NCBI RefSeq assembly: GCF_963921235.1
Contig: NC_086118.1
Location: 27,034,001 to 27,098,000, forward strand
Direction: 5' to 3'
From: Mobula hypostoma
Lineage: Eukaryota
DNA: 64,000 nucleotides
Of the stretch, positions 40,184 to 52,899 are shown piece by piece. The notes beneath the pieces were generated by a model that was given only the letters and a program-made list of their open reading frames with translations, had not been told where the DNA came from and searched no databases. The position numbers and the translations under genes were made by a program. Position 1 is the first letter of the stretch, and each line of letters begins with the position of its first letter.

Positions 40184-41260
40184 TCATTTCGACCCTTTCA
40201 ACTGAGACATACCCATTGCCTCGGAAGAGTTGCTGTTGTGGTTACACGAGGAGATGGATTTTATCGATCGCCGCAGACTGGCATTTCGTCTAAACGACGT
40301 GGATCCCGATCGCTGGAAGTGTCTGTGCCTATTTTTCAAGTAGTCTTTGTAGTTCTTGGTTAGCAGTGTGTAAAGGAAAGGGTTAATACAACTGTTACTG
40401 TAGGTCAGGCAGGTCATGAAATAGTTGACGCAAGTTAGTGTCTGCCGTGACATGTTCAGGCTGCCGGAATAGAGGCGGATAAGTTGCCAGACCCAGAAAG
40501 GCAAGAAACACGCCCAAAAGACCAGGACGATGGTGAAGATCATGAAGACCACTCTCTGCGTGGATGTTTGCTTGTTCTCGCTCTTTGCCAACGTGTTCTT
40601 CTGGGATTCCATATAGATCCTGGCTAACTGGGTGTACAGATAGCCGATAATCATTCCTGGCGCCACGATACTGGTGATAAATAGTACAGTCAAATAAGTG
40701 GAATAAGATTCCGGACTCCAAGTTGTGATACACGTCCGCTTGATCGTCCCGTTCTCCCTCCTGCTTTCATGCAGCTTAAACATGCTCATCACAGGGACGG
40801 CCAAGAGCAAGCTCACCAACCACACCACCCCGGCGGTGGCCTTCCTGTAACCCTTGGATCTCCTGACCGTGTCCAGCGGCTTGGCCACGGCCAAGTAACG
40901 TTCGGTGCACATCACCGTCAGAGTGAAGATGCTGGCGTGCATGGTCAGGAAGTCGAGACTGAGTAAGATCCTGCAGCCCATGTCACCAAAGTACCAGTTC
41001 TTGGCGAAATAGGTGCAAACGATGAAAGGGATGGTGGAGAGGTAAAGAAGGTCGGCTAGGGCCAGGTTGACTATGGAGACGTACATGGAGGCAGCAGATC
41101 GCATGGACTGGCACATCACTACCAGGGTGTAGACATTGCCCGTCACCCCGGCCACACACATAAAAGATAAGATGGTACCAAACGCTGAGACGATGAGCAA
41201 CTCCTCCATCGGCTCTGGAACTTCCGGCACTGTGTTGTTCTCCGAGGTGTTGTGATGCAT
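40184..41260 (-). CDS. uts2r: Urotensin II receptor-family class A GPCR, intronless, 358 aa from the first ATG; paralog not resolved
   Basis: Uninterrupted ORF with 7 hydrophobic segments. Motifs: TM1 GN, NLALADLLYL, LDFLTMHASIFTLTVM followed by ERY (UTS2R-type, in place of DRY), CFLPFW, YSNSCINPFLY, N-terminal sequons NTS/NNT. First ATG at 41260 has A at -3; the ORF-track start at 41362 is GTG. Confidence 0.92.
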   Translation of the reverse strand: MHHNTSENNTVPEVPEPMEELLIVSAFGTILSFMCVAGVTGNVYTLVVMCQSMRSAASMYVSIVNLALADLLYLSTIPFIVCTYFAKNWYFGDMGCRILLSLDFLTMHASIFTLTVMCTERYLAVAKPLDTVRRSKGYRKATAGVVWLVSLLLAVPVMSMFKLHESRRENGTIKRTCITTWSPESYSTYLTVLFITSIVAPGMIIGYLYTQLARIYMESQKNTLAKSENKQTSTQRVVFMIFTIVLVFWACFLPFWVWQLIRLYSGSLNMSRQTLTCVNYFMTCLTYSNSCINPFLYTLLTKNYKDYLKNRHRHFQRSGSTSFRRNASLRRSIKSISSCNHNSNSSEAMGMSQLKGSK

Positions 41261-41530
41261 GGTTAACTTGCCATCTCCTGCGCCGTGCACATGGTTGGAG
41301 GTGGGGACGGTGCGGGCTGGCAGCTGAATGCGGAGACCCGTTCCGCTCCCTGCGTCGCCCACTTAACTCCTCTCTCTTCTCACCGTCCCAGTCTGCCTAA
41401 TGCGCGCACTTGCAGAGACCGAGCACCGTGATTGCGGCGGACGTCAGTGTTTCAATTCCTAAGCATCTGGGAGGTCGAATTGATGGTAACACATGATTTA
41501 GCGGTAGTTTAGCAGCGGCACACGGAACCG
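41261..41530 (-). promoter_or_regulatory. CpG-rich 5' region / putative promoter of the GPCR
   Basis: Many retained CpGs compared with the CpG-depleted surroundings; CRE-like TGACGTCC on the minus strand near 41440; no recognisable TE. Confidence 0.4.
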
Positions 41531-42279
41531 CACTCTGAACGAATCTGTGCCTTCATCGTTTCCATATTCCAACCGACATATATATTTCAACATGCTATTT
41601 ATTCGCAAAGGTAACCAACTGCAGCACGGATGCCACGTATAACCAGAATCAATAGTTATGAAGTAGAAAATACTCTTTCAATATTTTAACCCGCTTAGAT
41701 TGCTCTTTGAAGGATAGTACATAGTTTGATACTTTTTTGCCAAGGCGCGAAGTCTAAAGTATCAGAAGCTTCGTTGCGGAGATAAAACTAATCTAGTCAT
41801 ATCCCAGTGAAAGCTTGCGTCTTCACAGTAGAGGTATGACTGAGTCCAGGCTCGGAAATACAAATTTTGTATTGTAGAGACGCGCTGGGACCAAAATAGG
41901 AAGAACACAGTGTTCTGCATGTGGAACTGCAATGTTTTACAAGGAGGGGCAAAGGAAGCCTCCAAGGCACTTAAAGGGCCACTTAAAAATCATTTAAATT
42001 TGAGACTTTGGGGGAATTGGAACCACTGTAAGACGGCAAGGAGCTGGATGATTCGGAAATAATACGTTGTTTCTTAAACGGTGCGATTAAGTAGTCAATA
42101 ATTCTGCAGTTCAATAAAGTTGTACTGAAAGATTAATACTATATACTTAATCTTTCTGAAAATAACAGCACTGTGCAAATGTCTTAGGCATATATACATA
42201 TACCGTACTATAGTACCGTAGTAATTTTGTGTATCGCACTGTACTGCTACCACACAAAAAAAAACAAAGCATAGAAGAG

Positions 42280-44965
42280 TGAAGATCAGGAATAGGCCAT
42301 ACGGCCCACAACGTTTTGCCCGACTAGTTAAAAAGCAAATCGAAAACACCCAAACACTGAACCCTCCTACCTACACCGTGTTCCTATCCCTCCACCTTCC
42401 GTACATCCATGTGCCAAATCCAAAGGTCTCTTAAACGTCTCTAATGAATTTGCTTCTACCACCCTGCCAGGCATCGCATTCCAGGCATCCACGACTCGAA
42501 GTGAAAAAAACTTATCCCTCACATCCCCCTTGAACCTACCCCTTCTCACCCTCAATTAGACAAATTTCATGGCCGATGTGAGTGATGATAACCCTGATTC
42601 TGATATGGGTCTCTGTTGTGGACTGAGAGTGGGAAGGGGGCATGGAGAGGGGAATCATGGTTGGAAACGGGAAGGAGCGCGAAGCACCGGGGAGACATTC
42701 TATAATTATCAATAAACCAGTTGTTTGGAATCGAATGACCTTGCCTGGTTTCTCAGGGTTGGGTGTGTCTGCACCCGCGCCGCTCTACGCCCTGGTACTC
42801 CTCTGCCACCTGTCTCACCCTCCCAACATCCTTTACTCTCGCCAGATTTTCTAACTCGCTCTCCGCTCCACGCCGACAAATACCGTACTGTGCAAAAACC
42901 GTAGGCACCGTGCACTGCACTTCTGCACGGCACCGTAAATATTTACATAAACATTTTGCTGATAACTTTGTGCCACCAAACTGCATTTCAAGATGTTAAT
43001 AAATGATGAGAACTTTAAAAAAATATTCATCAGTTGGGATAACAGTTGTAAAGTGTAGTAAAATAGTCAGTTGGGCTAAAAATATTATTAAATACAATCC
43101 AGAGATGCGTGTGGATGTTCATTTGCAGAGGGTAAACAAGAGGAGGGAATTCACAACAAAGCAGGAAGATCTGAAGAACAGAAAAATAACCTTCTGTGAG
43201 TGAGTATGTCTGGAGATACCTGAGGTGACAGGGCACAGAGACAGGCTGGTTAGTAAGTCATATGGAATTCTTGTCTTTATTGGCCAAGGCACTAAGTATC
43301 AGAGCAAGTAGTGCAAAAGATTTAGAAAGCACGTTTTAGCCCACAAACAGATACCAACAGAATACAAGGAGAAAGTGGCTAAATAATAGAAGAGGTGAAA
43401 GCATGCCCAAGAGAGATCCCTGAGGGTATCACAACCACTGCTTTGCTTAATATATATTAACAATTTGCCTGCAGACACATTGTTCCATAGAGTCTTACAA
43501 CATGGAAACTGGCCACTCAGCCAACTGGTCTTTGCCAATCAAGAGAACCATCTAAGGAACAGAGAACATAGAACACAACACAGTATGTTAGACCAATCTT
43601 TCAACCAACTCTAAGATCAATCTAAACCTTCCCCTCTACATAACCCTCTCACTGCCTGGATAAGAGTTTCTTAAATGTCTCCAATGTATCGGCCTTTACC
43701 ACCAGCCCTGGCACTCACAACTCTGATTTCTCCCCTTACTCCAATCACTTTACAATTATGCCCCCTCATGTTAGCCATTTCCACCCTGGGAAAATCTCTG
43801 GCTCTTCATTCGACCTATACCACTTATCATCTTGTATACTTGTGTCATTTCTCGTTCTCCTTCACTCCAAAAAGTAAACCCCCAGCTTGCTGAACCTGTC
43901 CTGGTAAGACGTGCTCTCTAATTCAGGCAGCATCCTGGGAGATCTCCTCTGAATCCTCTAAAGCTTCCAAATCCTTCCATTAACAAGGCAACCCGAACTG
44001 AACACAATATTCCAACGGGTTCTAATTGGGGTTTTATAGAGCTGCAACATTACCTCACGGCTCTTGAACTCAGTCCCCAGACTATGAAGGCCAACACAAC
44101 ATACACTTTCTTTACCACCCTATCCACTTGCACCGTAATTTTGAGGGATCTATACATGTGGTCCCCTAGATTCCTCTGTTCTTCCACACTGCTAAGAATC
44201 CTGTCACTAACCCTGTATTCTACATTCAAATTTGACCTTTGAAAGTGAATCACTTTTATGTTTTTCTGGGTTGAACTCCATCTGCAATGTCTCAGCCCAG
44301 CTCTGCATCCTGTCAATATCCTATTGCAACCTATGACAACCTTTCACACTATCCACAACACCACCAACCTCTGTGTCATCTGCAAACTTACTAAACCACC
44401 CTTCCACGTCCTCATCCAAGTCACTTATAAAAATCATAAAGAGCAGGGTTTCTAGAACAGATCCCTGTAGAACAGCATGAGTTACTGATATCCAGGGAGA
44501 ATACGCTCCATTGATAACCACTTTCTGCTTTCTGTGGGCAAACCAATTCTGAATTCATACAGATACGTTTCTCTTAACCCATGCCTCTTGACTTTCTGAA
44601 TGAATCCACCATGGGGAAACTTATCAAACACCACACCCACTGATTTACATTCATTAATGTGCACTGTGACATCCTCAAAGAATTCAATCTAGCTTGCAAG
44701 ACATGACCTGCCCCTCACAAAACCTTCCAAACTAACCCTAATTAGACTATGCTTCTCCAAATGCTCATAAATCTGGCCTCAAAGAATCGTCTGCAACAAT
44801 TTGCCCGCTACTGAAGTAAGACTCACTGGTTTATAATTACCAGGGATATCCCTACTCCATTTTTTGAACAAAGGAATAACATTTGCCACCCTCCAATCAT
44901 CTGATACTGCTTCTATGGCCAGTGAGGATGCAAAGAACATTGCCAAAGGTGCAGCAATCTCTTCC
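42280..44965 (-). mobile_element. Cluster of decayed CR1 fragments (42280-42555, 43560-44965) and unclassified repeats
   Basis: RVVDAWNAMP, KFADDT, NYKPVSLTSVAGK. Confidence 0.8.
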
Positions 44966-45009
44966 CTCAGGTCCTGTATAACCTGAATTACACTGCGGAC
45001 CGATCTACA

Positions 45010-45475
45010 GTATCTCAGGCCTGTTGAGAGGGTTATTGGGGTCTCTCTTCCATCCATTAATCAAGAGCACTGCACACACACAGGGCGCTTAGCAGTGTCT
45101 ATGATCCATCTCATCCGTCCAACAATATGTTTGGCTCCCCCCTGCCCACCATCAGGCAGGAGGTAGCATTGGGATAAGAACTGTTGGGATGGGAAACAGC
45201 TTCTTTCCCCCAGGCCATAATACTACTGAACTCCCTGCTACCACCCAGGTCTCTCCTGCATGCAGCACCAGTAGCATTATACTTTCTATTTTTTAACTTG
45301 TATTGTATATACACCATATTAATTGTTATTTTATTTGTGGTACTATTACTTTATGTGTGCTATGTGTGTGAGTTATATGTACTGTGCTGCGCACCTTGGT
45401 TCAGAGGAATGTTGTTTCATTTGGCAGTGTACATGTGCACAGTTGAATGACAATAAACTGAACTTGAACTTGATC
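45010..45475 (+). mobile_element. Rex1/Babar 3' fragment
   Basis: LPPSGRR-like frame, SFFPQAI.LLN; (AACTTG)n tail. Confidence 0.75.
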
Positions 45476-45899
45476 TGCTGTTCGTTCCAAGCTTAGTAAC
45501 TGCGGCCCATTTAACCCCTGCTCTCATCCGTAGTCCTTGTTCGCTCATTGAACCAGCCAGCCTCAACCAGTTCCTCCTAGTTTTCACTCTGCCTGCCTAA
45601 AGTTTACTTTGTTGCTTGTTGTGTTTACTTTCCGTTCGCTCTTGATGCCACTCATGGCTTGATATTTTGCAGACTATTATTAAAGTTATCGTTCACCGCT
45701 AAGTCATCTGCAGGTCATTTATCTACAGCACAAACAACAGAGGTCCCAGCACAGATCACAAGTCCCTACAACCATTACCACCTGACTGTGTGTTGCTTAC
45801 TGAAGGTAGCCTTCTCATCGTTACCCATGCGTTACTGAGTCACATCGCTGTTAGGTAGTTAGCTAACGGGCCGAGTTGTTACAAGCCTCAGTGAGAGGG

Positions 45900-46790
45900 T
45901 TACATGTTGAAGACTGGCAAAGAATACCGCATGATATACAGATCAGTTGCAGATACGTGCTGGGAAACAGCAGACAGAGTTTAACCCAGATAAATGTGAG
46001 GTGTTGTACCTCGGTAGGGCAAATGCAAGGAGACAGTATATTGTGAAGGACAAGGTCTTTAACAATGTTGCTGAGCAGAGAGATCTTAGGATCCAGGTCC
46101 ATAGCTCCTTGAAAGTGGCTGCACAGGTCGATAAGGTGGTTAAGAATGCTTATGGAATGCTTGCTTTTATTAGTTGAGGCATTGCTGTCAAAAGTTAAGA
46201 GGTTATGTTGCAACTTTATATACCTCCGGTTAGGTCACATCTGGAGCATTGTGTACAGTTCTGGTCGTTCCACTATAGGAAGGATGTTTGGGCTTTGGAG
46301 AGGGTACGTAAGAGGTTTATCAGGATACTGCCTGGTTTAGAGGGCGTGTGCAATCATGAGAGACTGGATAAACACGAGTTGTTTTCTTTGGAGCGTCAGA
46401 GGCCCAGGGGAGATCTGATTGAGGTTTGCAAGATTGAGAGGCATAGATAGAGTGGAGAGAGGTATCTGTTTCCCGGGGTTGAAATGTCATTCCAGAGGGC
46501 ATGCATTGAAGGTGAGAGGGGGGTAGGTTCAAGGGGGATGTGAGAGGTAATTTTTTTATTTAGAGTCGTGGATGCCTGGAATACGCTGCCCGGGATGGAG
46601 GTAAAAGCAAGTACGTTAGAGGCTTTTAAGAGACGTTTGGATAGGCACATGGATGTAAGGAAGATGGAGGGATATGGACATGGTGTAGGTAGGACGAGTT
46701 GGTGTTTGAGTGATTTTGATTTACTTTTTAGCTGGGTTGGCATAACATTGTGGGCCAAATGGACTGTTCCTGAGCTGTACTGTTCTGTGT
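45900..46790 (+). mobile_element. CR1 3' part
   Basis: FNPDKCEVL, HLEHCVQFWS, DAWNTLP. Confidence 0.88.
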
Positions 46791-46799
46791 TCATCTTCC

Positions 46800-48880
46800 T
46801 TGGTCCTGATACTTGCATTAAAATAGACACAATTCAACCTATTCCACTGATTGCAAGTTTGCTCTTATCAATTTCCTATCCTTATTCACAATCTCACTAC
46901 AGGCTGCATCTACCTGTACACTAACTGCTATATACTCTGACCTATGACCCTGGTTCAAATTCTTTGCCAGACTAGTATAAACCTTCCAAAACAGATCCAG
47001 CAAATCTGCCCGCAAAGATATCGATCCCCATCAAACTCAGGTGCAACCAATCCTGTTTGTACACATCATATCTTCCCCAGAGGGGACCCCAATGACCTGC
47101 AGATTGAAAACCCTGCACTCTGCACCAGTTCCTTATCCACTCGCTCATCTGCCAAATTAACTCTGCTAGCATGTGGCACAGGTAGCAAAACAATCCAGAG
47201 ATTACTCTGCTTGAAGTCCTGCTTTTCTGCTTCCTGCCTAACTCTGTATATTCTCTCTTCAAAACCTCATCACTTTTCCTACCTACAGTATGTCATTGGT
47301 ACCAGTATGTAGCAGATGTTCTAGTTGCTTACGCTCTCCATTTAGAATGCTGTAGATGCCCCTGACCCTGGCACCTGGAAGGCAACATAACACCAGGGGA
47401 TTCTTTTTCATGTCCACAGAGCCTCCTGTGTGCTCCCCCAACTATTGTATCCCCTATCACCACTGCTCTCTTCTTCTCCCCCTCCCTTCTCCTCTGAGAG
47501 GCAGAGCCAGGTTCAGTGCTGGAGACCTTTTGCTGAGGACTTCTCCCAAGTACATCACGCCCTCTACTTTTCTTTGTATTGAAGGGAACAGCCACAGAGG
47601 AATTCTGCACTCTCTGCCTATTTCCTTTGCCTCTTCAGACAGTCACGCAAAACCAGCCTCCAGGTGAGGAGGACACGCTGGAGGTGATGTAGAATGGTGT
47701 CCGTGCTCGGTCGCGGGTCACCTCCGGTGTTGGATCAGTGGACTTACAGGCTGGACAGCTGGGAACCATCAACTTGCGGGACCTGTTGCTCAGGGCCTTG
47801 GACTAAGTGTGTTTTCTTGATAACTATATTTTTTCCTCACTTTCATTATTTTGAATGCGCATGAATGTTTTTACACCTTGGCCCCAGAGGAGCACTGTCT
47901 CATTCAGCTGTATCCATGTGTGGTTTGAATGATAATTAAACTTGATTTGATTGCGTTGGATTGATTTGTACAGGCATGACCAGTTTCTGTGCAGTTCTTC
48001 TCTATGACTCTGTGACTTCCCTGTAGCTTCTATCCATCACATTCTCATTCTCCTGTATGAGCCAAAGGTCATCCAGCTGCAGTTCCAGCTTCATAATACT
48101 ACAGGGGGTCTTTAAGCAGCAGCAGATGGATATATTTCATACAGATGTACAGTGCATGTAAAAGGTATTCAACCCTCCTTTGGAACTTTTCATACTTTAT
48201 TATTTAAAAGTGGATTTAATTTAGCTTTTTTTTTAACACTGATCAACAGAAAAAGACATGCAAAGTTATTTCCCATGGTAGGGGAGTCTAGTACAAGAGG
48301 GCATGACTTCAGGATTGAAGGACGTCCATTTAGAACATAGTTGCGAAGAAATTACTTTAGCCAGAGGGTGATAAATCAGGGGAATTTGTTGCCACGAGTG
48401 TCTGTGGAGGCCAAGTCATTGGGTGGATTTAAGGCAGAGATAGACAGGTTCTTGATTAGCCAGGGCATCAAAGAGTATGGGGAGAAGACAGGGAAGTGGG
48501 GATGACTGGAAGAATTGGATCAGCCATGATTGAATGCCAGAGCAGACTCGATGGGCCGAATGGACTACTTCTGCTCCTAAATCTTATGGCCTTATGATAT
48601 TATGGTCTAATTAATTTAGATCAGTTTGCCAAGATTTGTTTTCACTTTGACACAAGAGTCTTTTTCTGTTGAGCAGTGTCAAAAAAGGCCAAATTAAATC
48701 CACTGTGATTCAATATTGTAAAACAATAAAACATGAAAATATGCAAGGTGGGTGATATTTTTTATAGGCACTGTAGTTATCAGGGAGACTGCAGGTCTAC
48801 TAGATCTCCCACGTCTGGCATGAAGAACACATCACTGATCCTGGATCCATTTTCACTACTCTAGTTAGACACTAATAAAC
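46800..48880 (-). mobile_element. CR1 ORF1 region, interrupted by a short Rex1-tailed insertion (about 47665-47965) and the Tc1-like element
   Basis: RAVVIGD.IV.G, RTSSRVISGL, D.LHL (esterase-like ORF1). Confidence 0.8.
48150..48773. mobile_element. Tc1-like non-autonomous element containing a CR1 3' fragment (about 48258-48610)
   Basis: TA-CAGTG...CACTG-TA ends; long imperfect inverted repeats (AGTGGATTTAATTT..CAACAGAAAAAGAC versus GTCTTTTTCTGTTG..AAATTAAATCCACT). Confidence 0.8.
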
Positions 48881-48899
48881 AAAGAAGGAAAATAGTGAT

Positions 48900-51500
48900 C
48901 AATCACTAGCACAACTCTTGTCTGTAGAGGTAGTGTTGAAACTTCTTTATTCCCCATACTACACTAAGGGCCTCTCAGTTGATCTATGGGTTGTTGCATT
49001 CTGCGGTCATCAGTGATCATGAAGCAAACGCAATCGGACGTTCAGATCCATCTTTCATAGCATATGACAAAATGGCCCTAATGCCATTAGGGGATGCATC
49101 ACACACCAGTCTGATGGGCAGGGATGGATCATAATGGGTGAACAGTTCATCAGATGTTATTAGTCTCTTTGTTTCCATGAATGCTCTTTCACATCTTTCT
49201 GACAATTCTCCTTCGGTCCTTTCTGGAACAGTGCATTCAATGGATGCAGCACTGTAGCAATGTTTGGGAGAAACTGGTGGTAGCAGTTTGCAAGGCTCAA
49301 GTATGACTTGAGTTGTGACATGTATTCCAGTTTCTCTTGTGATTTATGTAAGCCATGTTTGTCAATGACATGTCCACAATATGAGATTTCATTCTTGAAA
49401 ACTCACATTTCTCTCTGTATGCAGACCATACTCACTCAGCCTGGTAAGGTTCTGGAGATACTCTTCATCATTTTTACCAGTCATGATTATGCCATCAAAG
49501 TAACCTTGTGTTCCTGGGATATGTTGGAGCACTTGGTCCATTGCTCTTTGCCAAATTTCTGGAGCTGGTGCAACGCCAAAGATGAGACAATTGTACTGGA
49601 GCAGTCCCTTATGAGTGTTCATTGTGATGAACTTCCTGCCTGACTCGTCCATCTCTATTTGCAGGTAGGTGTGCGACAAGTTAATCTTTGAAAACCTCTC
49701 CCCACCTGCCAAGGATGCAAAAATGTCTTCTATTCATGGCAGAGGATACTGCACAGTACACACTATCGGGCTGATGCTCACCTTGAATCCCCACATATGC
49801 GAGCGGCTCCGGGCTTTCCTTAATCAGCGGGACAATGGGCATGGCCCAATCACTCCACTCAATCTTGGAGGAAATTCTAGATCCTTCCAAGCTCTGAACT
49901 TCAGCATCCACTTTAGAACATAGTGCATAAGGTACGGGGCACACTTTATGCAATCTTGGTGTTGCTGCTTCATTCAATTCCATTCTGGCCTTCATTAGCA
50001 TTAAGCAGCTGTGACAGTCTCTGGTTAGTGCTACCGTTTGGCTGCAGTTGCCTGTTGATGACACATTGAGAGCTTTGATTGTGTGCTAGTCTGACTGGAT
50101 TTTTCTCAACTATTGCCGGCTCTCTACATTTCAACTCATAAAACTCTAACTGCTGTGTTTGGCTTCCATAAGTCACACTTACTTTCAGTTTGCCTTTGGG
50201 AGACACTTTTCACCTGTGTAGGTCTTTAGCATCACTGAGATCTTCTCTAATGTTAGCTTTGAAAAGTCTGTTGTAGTCAGCCTCTGAAATTACAGACAAA
50301 GCTGACCCTGTATCCAACTCTATTTTCAGTTTTATGCCAGACACATCTGTTGTGATCCATATGATTTGTGATCTGCTTCCATAATACTATGGCGTTCTAG
50401 GCATGACAGCTCACCTTTGTTAGACTCTGTGTTGTCTGATTCTGTTTCACATCTAGTCACTTTACGCATTTGCTTAGTTTTGTGTTTGAAAGTTTTCACT
50501 CGGTGTGGTTTTACTCTTTGGTTGTGCTTTTTGTTTACCTCGTGCACTGTATACGTGATCTTATCTGTGACACTTTCTGCAAACTTTTTCTTTGAACCAA
50601 GTCATTTCCATCATGGGAGGATTTGTCACATTGATAGCACTGTTGGATTTTTGCACTTTTCAGATACATTTTGTGCACTTCACATTCTAACTCCCATTTC
50701 TGTAGTTCTGCAGCATCCTTTGCTGCAGTCTCAAACAATATTGCAATGGTCAATGCCCATTTAAAGAGTTGGTCTTTTTCTGGCAGTAGCCTCTTGTGAG
50801 TGCTTTGACTGCATGCCGCATACAAGCCTGTTCCTTAATATATTAGAAAGTCCATCTCTAAAGCCACAGTATTAGTAAAGTTTGCACAGTTCTGCAATGT
50901 ATTTAGAAATGCTTTCATTCTTTGACTGGCTCTTTTTGTAAAATCTAAATCTCTCAGCTATTACCAGTGGTTTAAGGCTCAAGTGATTATGTAAAATTGT
51001 AACAATTTTGCTGAAGTTTTGCTTGCTTGCTGGCTTTTCAGGGGTTATTAAATTGCTTAAGAGATGGTATGTCCTAGCACCCATTAAGCTAAGAAACAAG
51101 GCGGCTTCCTTTTCCTCATCTGCATTGTTTGCATTACAATACAGTTCAACCCTCTTGATGTACAACTCCCAGGCTTCATTGCCACTATCAAATTCATCAA
51201 CTTTCCTAACTAAAGCTATCACCACTTTATTTTCATGTTAACTTTGCTAGTTGTGCATCTTTCATTGTGTACTATGCAGTTGCTCACGTGTCCCTTTGTT
51301 AGCATCTGTGATAGATTTCTCTATACTGTTTAACTCATTCCTCTCACTACCTTGTCCCATAATTGTCCCATAACTGTTGATGCAGTTGGTGATATTCTCT
51401 GACATTCAGGTTCGTACTCATTGCCAATTTGTTATGTCTGTGCAACTACATATCAATTAAATAAAAGCACGCATGCAGGTGTATTCACATTGCAGAGACA

Positions 51501-51555
<55 letters not shown>

Positions 51556-51641
51556 CTATGAAAGTGCATGCGTAGAAAACAGATCAATACGTAGTGCTGA
51601 GGGGAGTCATTGCTCTAAAAGAAATAGATCCATACATTACA
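48900..51641 (-). mobile_element. Gypsy (Mag-like) LTR retrotransposon: 5' LTR + gag-pol, decayed and 3'-truncated
   Basis: LTR 51430-51641 (TG..CA) followed by PBS-like TGGCAATGAG. Gag KPLVIAERFRFY; knuckle remnant CYQC; protease LDTG near 50310; RT QYNCLIFGVAPAPEIWQRAMD; RNase H CDAS..PIAFAS. Confidence 0.88.
51505..51553. repeat. (GA)n microsatellite inside the Gypsy LTR
   Basis: About 24 uninterrupted GA units. Confidence 0.95.
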
Positions 51642-51809
51642 CTTGAGAACAATATTTTTGAATCATTGCTACTCTCTGTAATAATTTTGGAAAATAGGCT
51701 CTTCTTTCAGAGTGTATAGCAGTATTAAAGGAGACTAGTTTTTCCTTGAAAATATTATGGTGCCCAGTTTTCCTCCATTTTCTCTCAGCTATTTTGCATG
51801 ATTATCTAG

Positions 51810-52830
51810 TACGGAGGGACCACTGCACAGATCAGAAAAAGCTGCAGAAAGTTGTAAACTCATGGGCACTAGCTTTCCCACCTTCAAAAGGCAATGCTTC
51901 TAAATGGGCATCCATTATTAAGACCTCATCACCCAGGACATGCCCTCTTTTCATTGCAACCATCAAGGAGGAGGTATAGGAACCTGAAGACACACACTCA
52001 ATGCTTCACGAACAGCTTCTTCCGCTCCACAATCAGATTTCTGAATTGACAGTAAATCCAAGAATACTACTTCGTAATTTTTCTTTCTTTTTGTACTACA
52101 TATTTAATTTATTTTTTCATCTTTATATATGTGTAAGGGTTTCTTCTTTTATCCTACTGCTAAGGGGATTAAAATGGCTTCTCTGTACTGTTAACCGCTG
52201 AGACAGTGGTTCTCTATATCAGTTAGTGAAAACGGAACTTGTATTCATTTGCTAACCAGTTGGGATAGATGCTATTCTTTCTGTCTGTGTGAAGGCTGTT
52301 AGTTTGTGCGGGCTTTGGGGAGAAGGCGCCAAGAGGATGAAGAGAGAAGAGGTGGCTTGAGGAGATGGTTTCCAGACCTGCTGGGCCTGGGCGCGGGGCG
52401 GGAGCCCAGGGGTCGACGACGAGCGAAGGAGGATCAGCGAAAGGAAATCCATGAGCTCCAACGTTGTGAACTGGACATTTTCATGAGATTATTGGCGTCT
52501 TTTATTTGTTCTCCATTTCTTTTGTTTCTCTACTAACCCCATACTTAATATAAAATCTTAATTGTTTAACCGCATATTGTGGACTGAATGTTATTTCGGG
52601 GTACTGATGTTACACAGGGGACACAACACGCAGCATCCACCCAAACCAGAGTGCTAAGGTTTGGCCGGGCAGGAGGTTATCACCTGGAGATCATGCCACT
52701 TGGCAGAGCGAGTGTTATATATGCTTCTTTGTGTAGTTTTTAATATTATATATTGCAATGTACTGCTGATGCAGAACAACAAATTTCACAACATATGCCA
52801 GTGATATTAAACCTGATTCTGATCCTGACT
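51810..52830 (+). mobile_element. Rex1/Babar 3' end, split by the solo LTR
   Basis: DQKKLQKVV, ASIIK..HHPGH-like residues; ATTAAACCTGATTCTGAT tail. Confidence 0.8.
52132..52719 (+). mobile_element. Solo LTR inserted in a Rex1 3' tail
   Basis: TGTAAG...GTTATA ends (CA>TA change), 4-bp TSD TATG on both sides, non-coding. Confidence 0.65.
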
Positions 52831-52899
52831 TCTTGAGTTTTCAAACTGAATTGTTAAACCACGGCACATTTTATGAAGTGATTTCTTTTAAACCTTAAT

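Noticed and set aside
44965..45710. LTR split by a Rex1 fragment
   Set aside because: LTR-like composition at 45475-45710, but I could not define both termini or a TSD.
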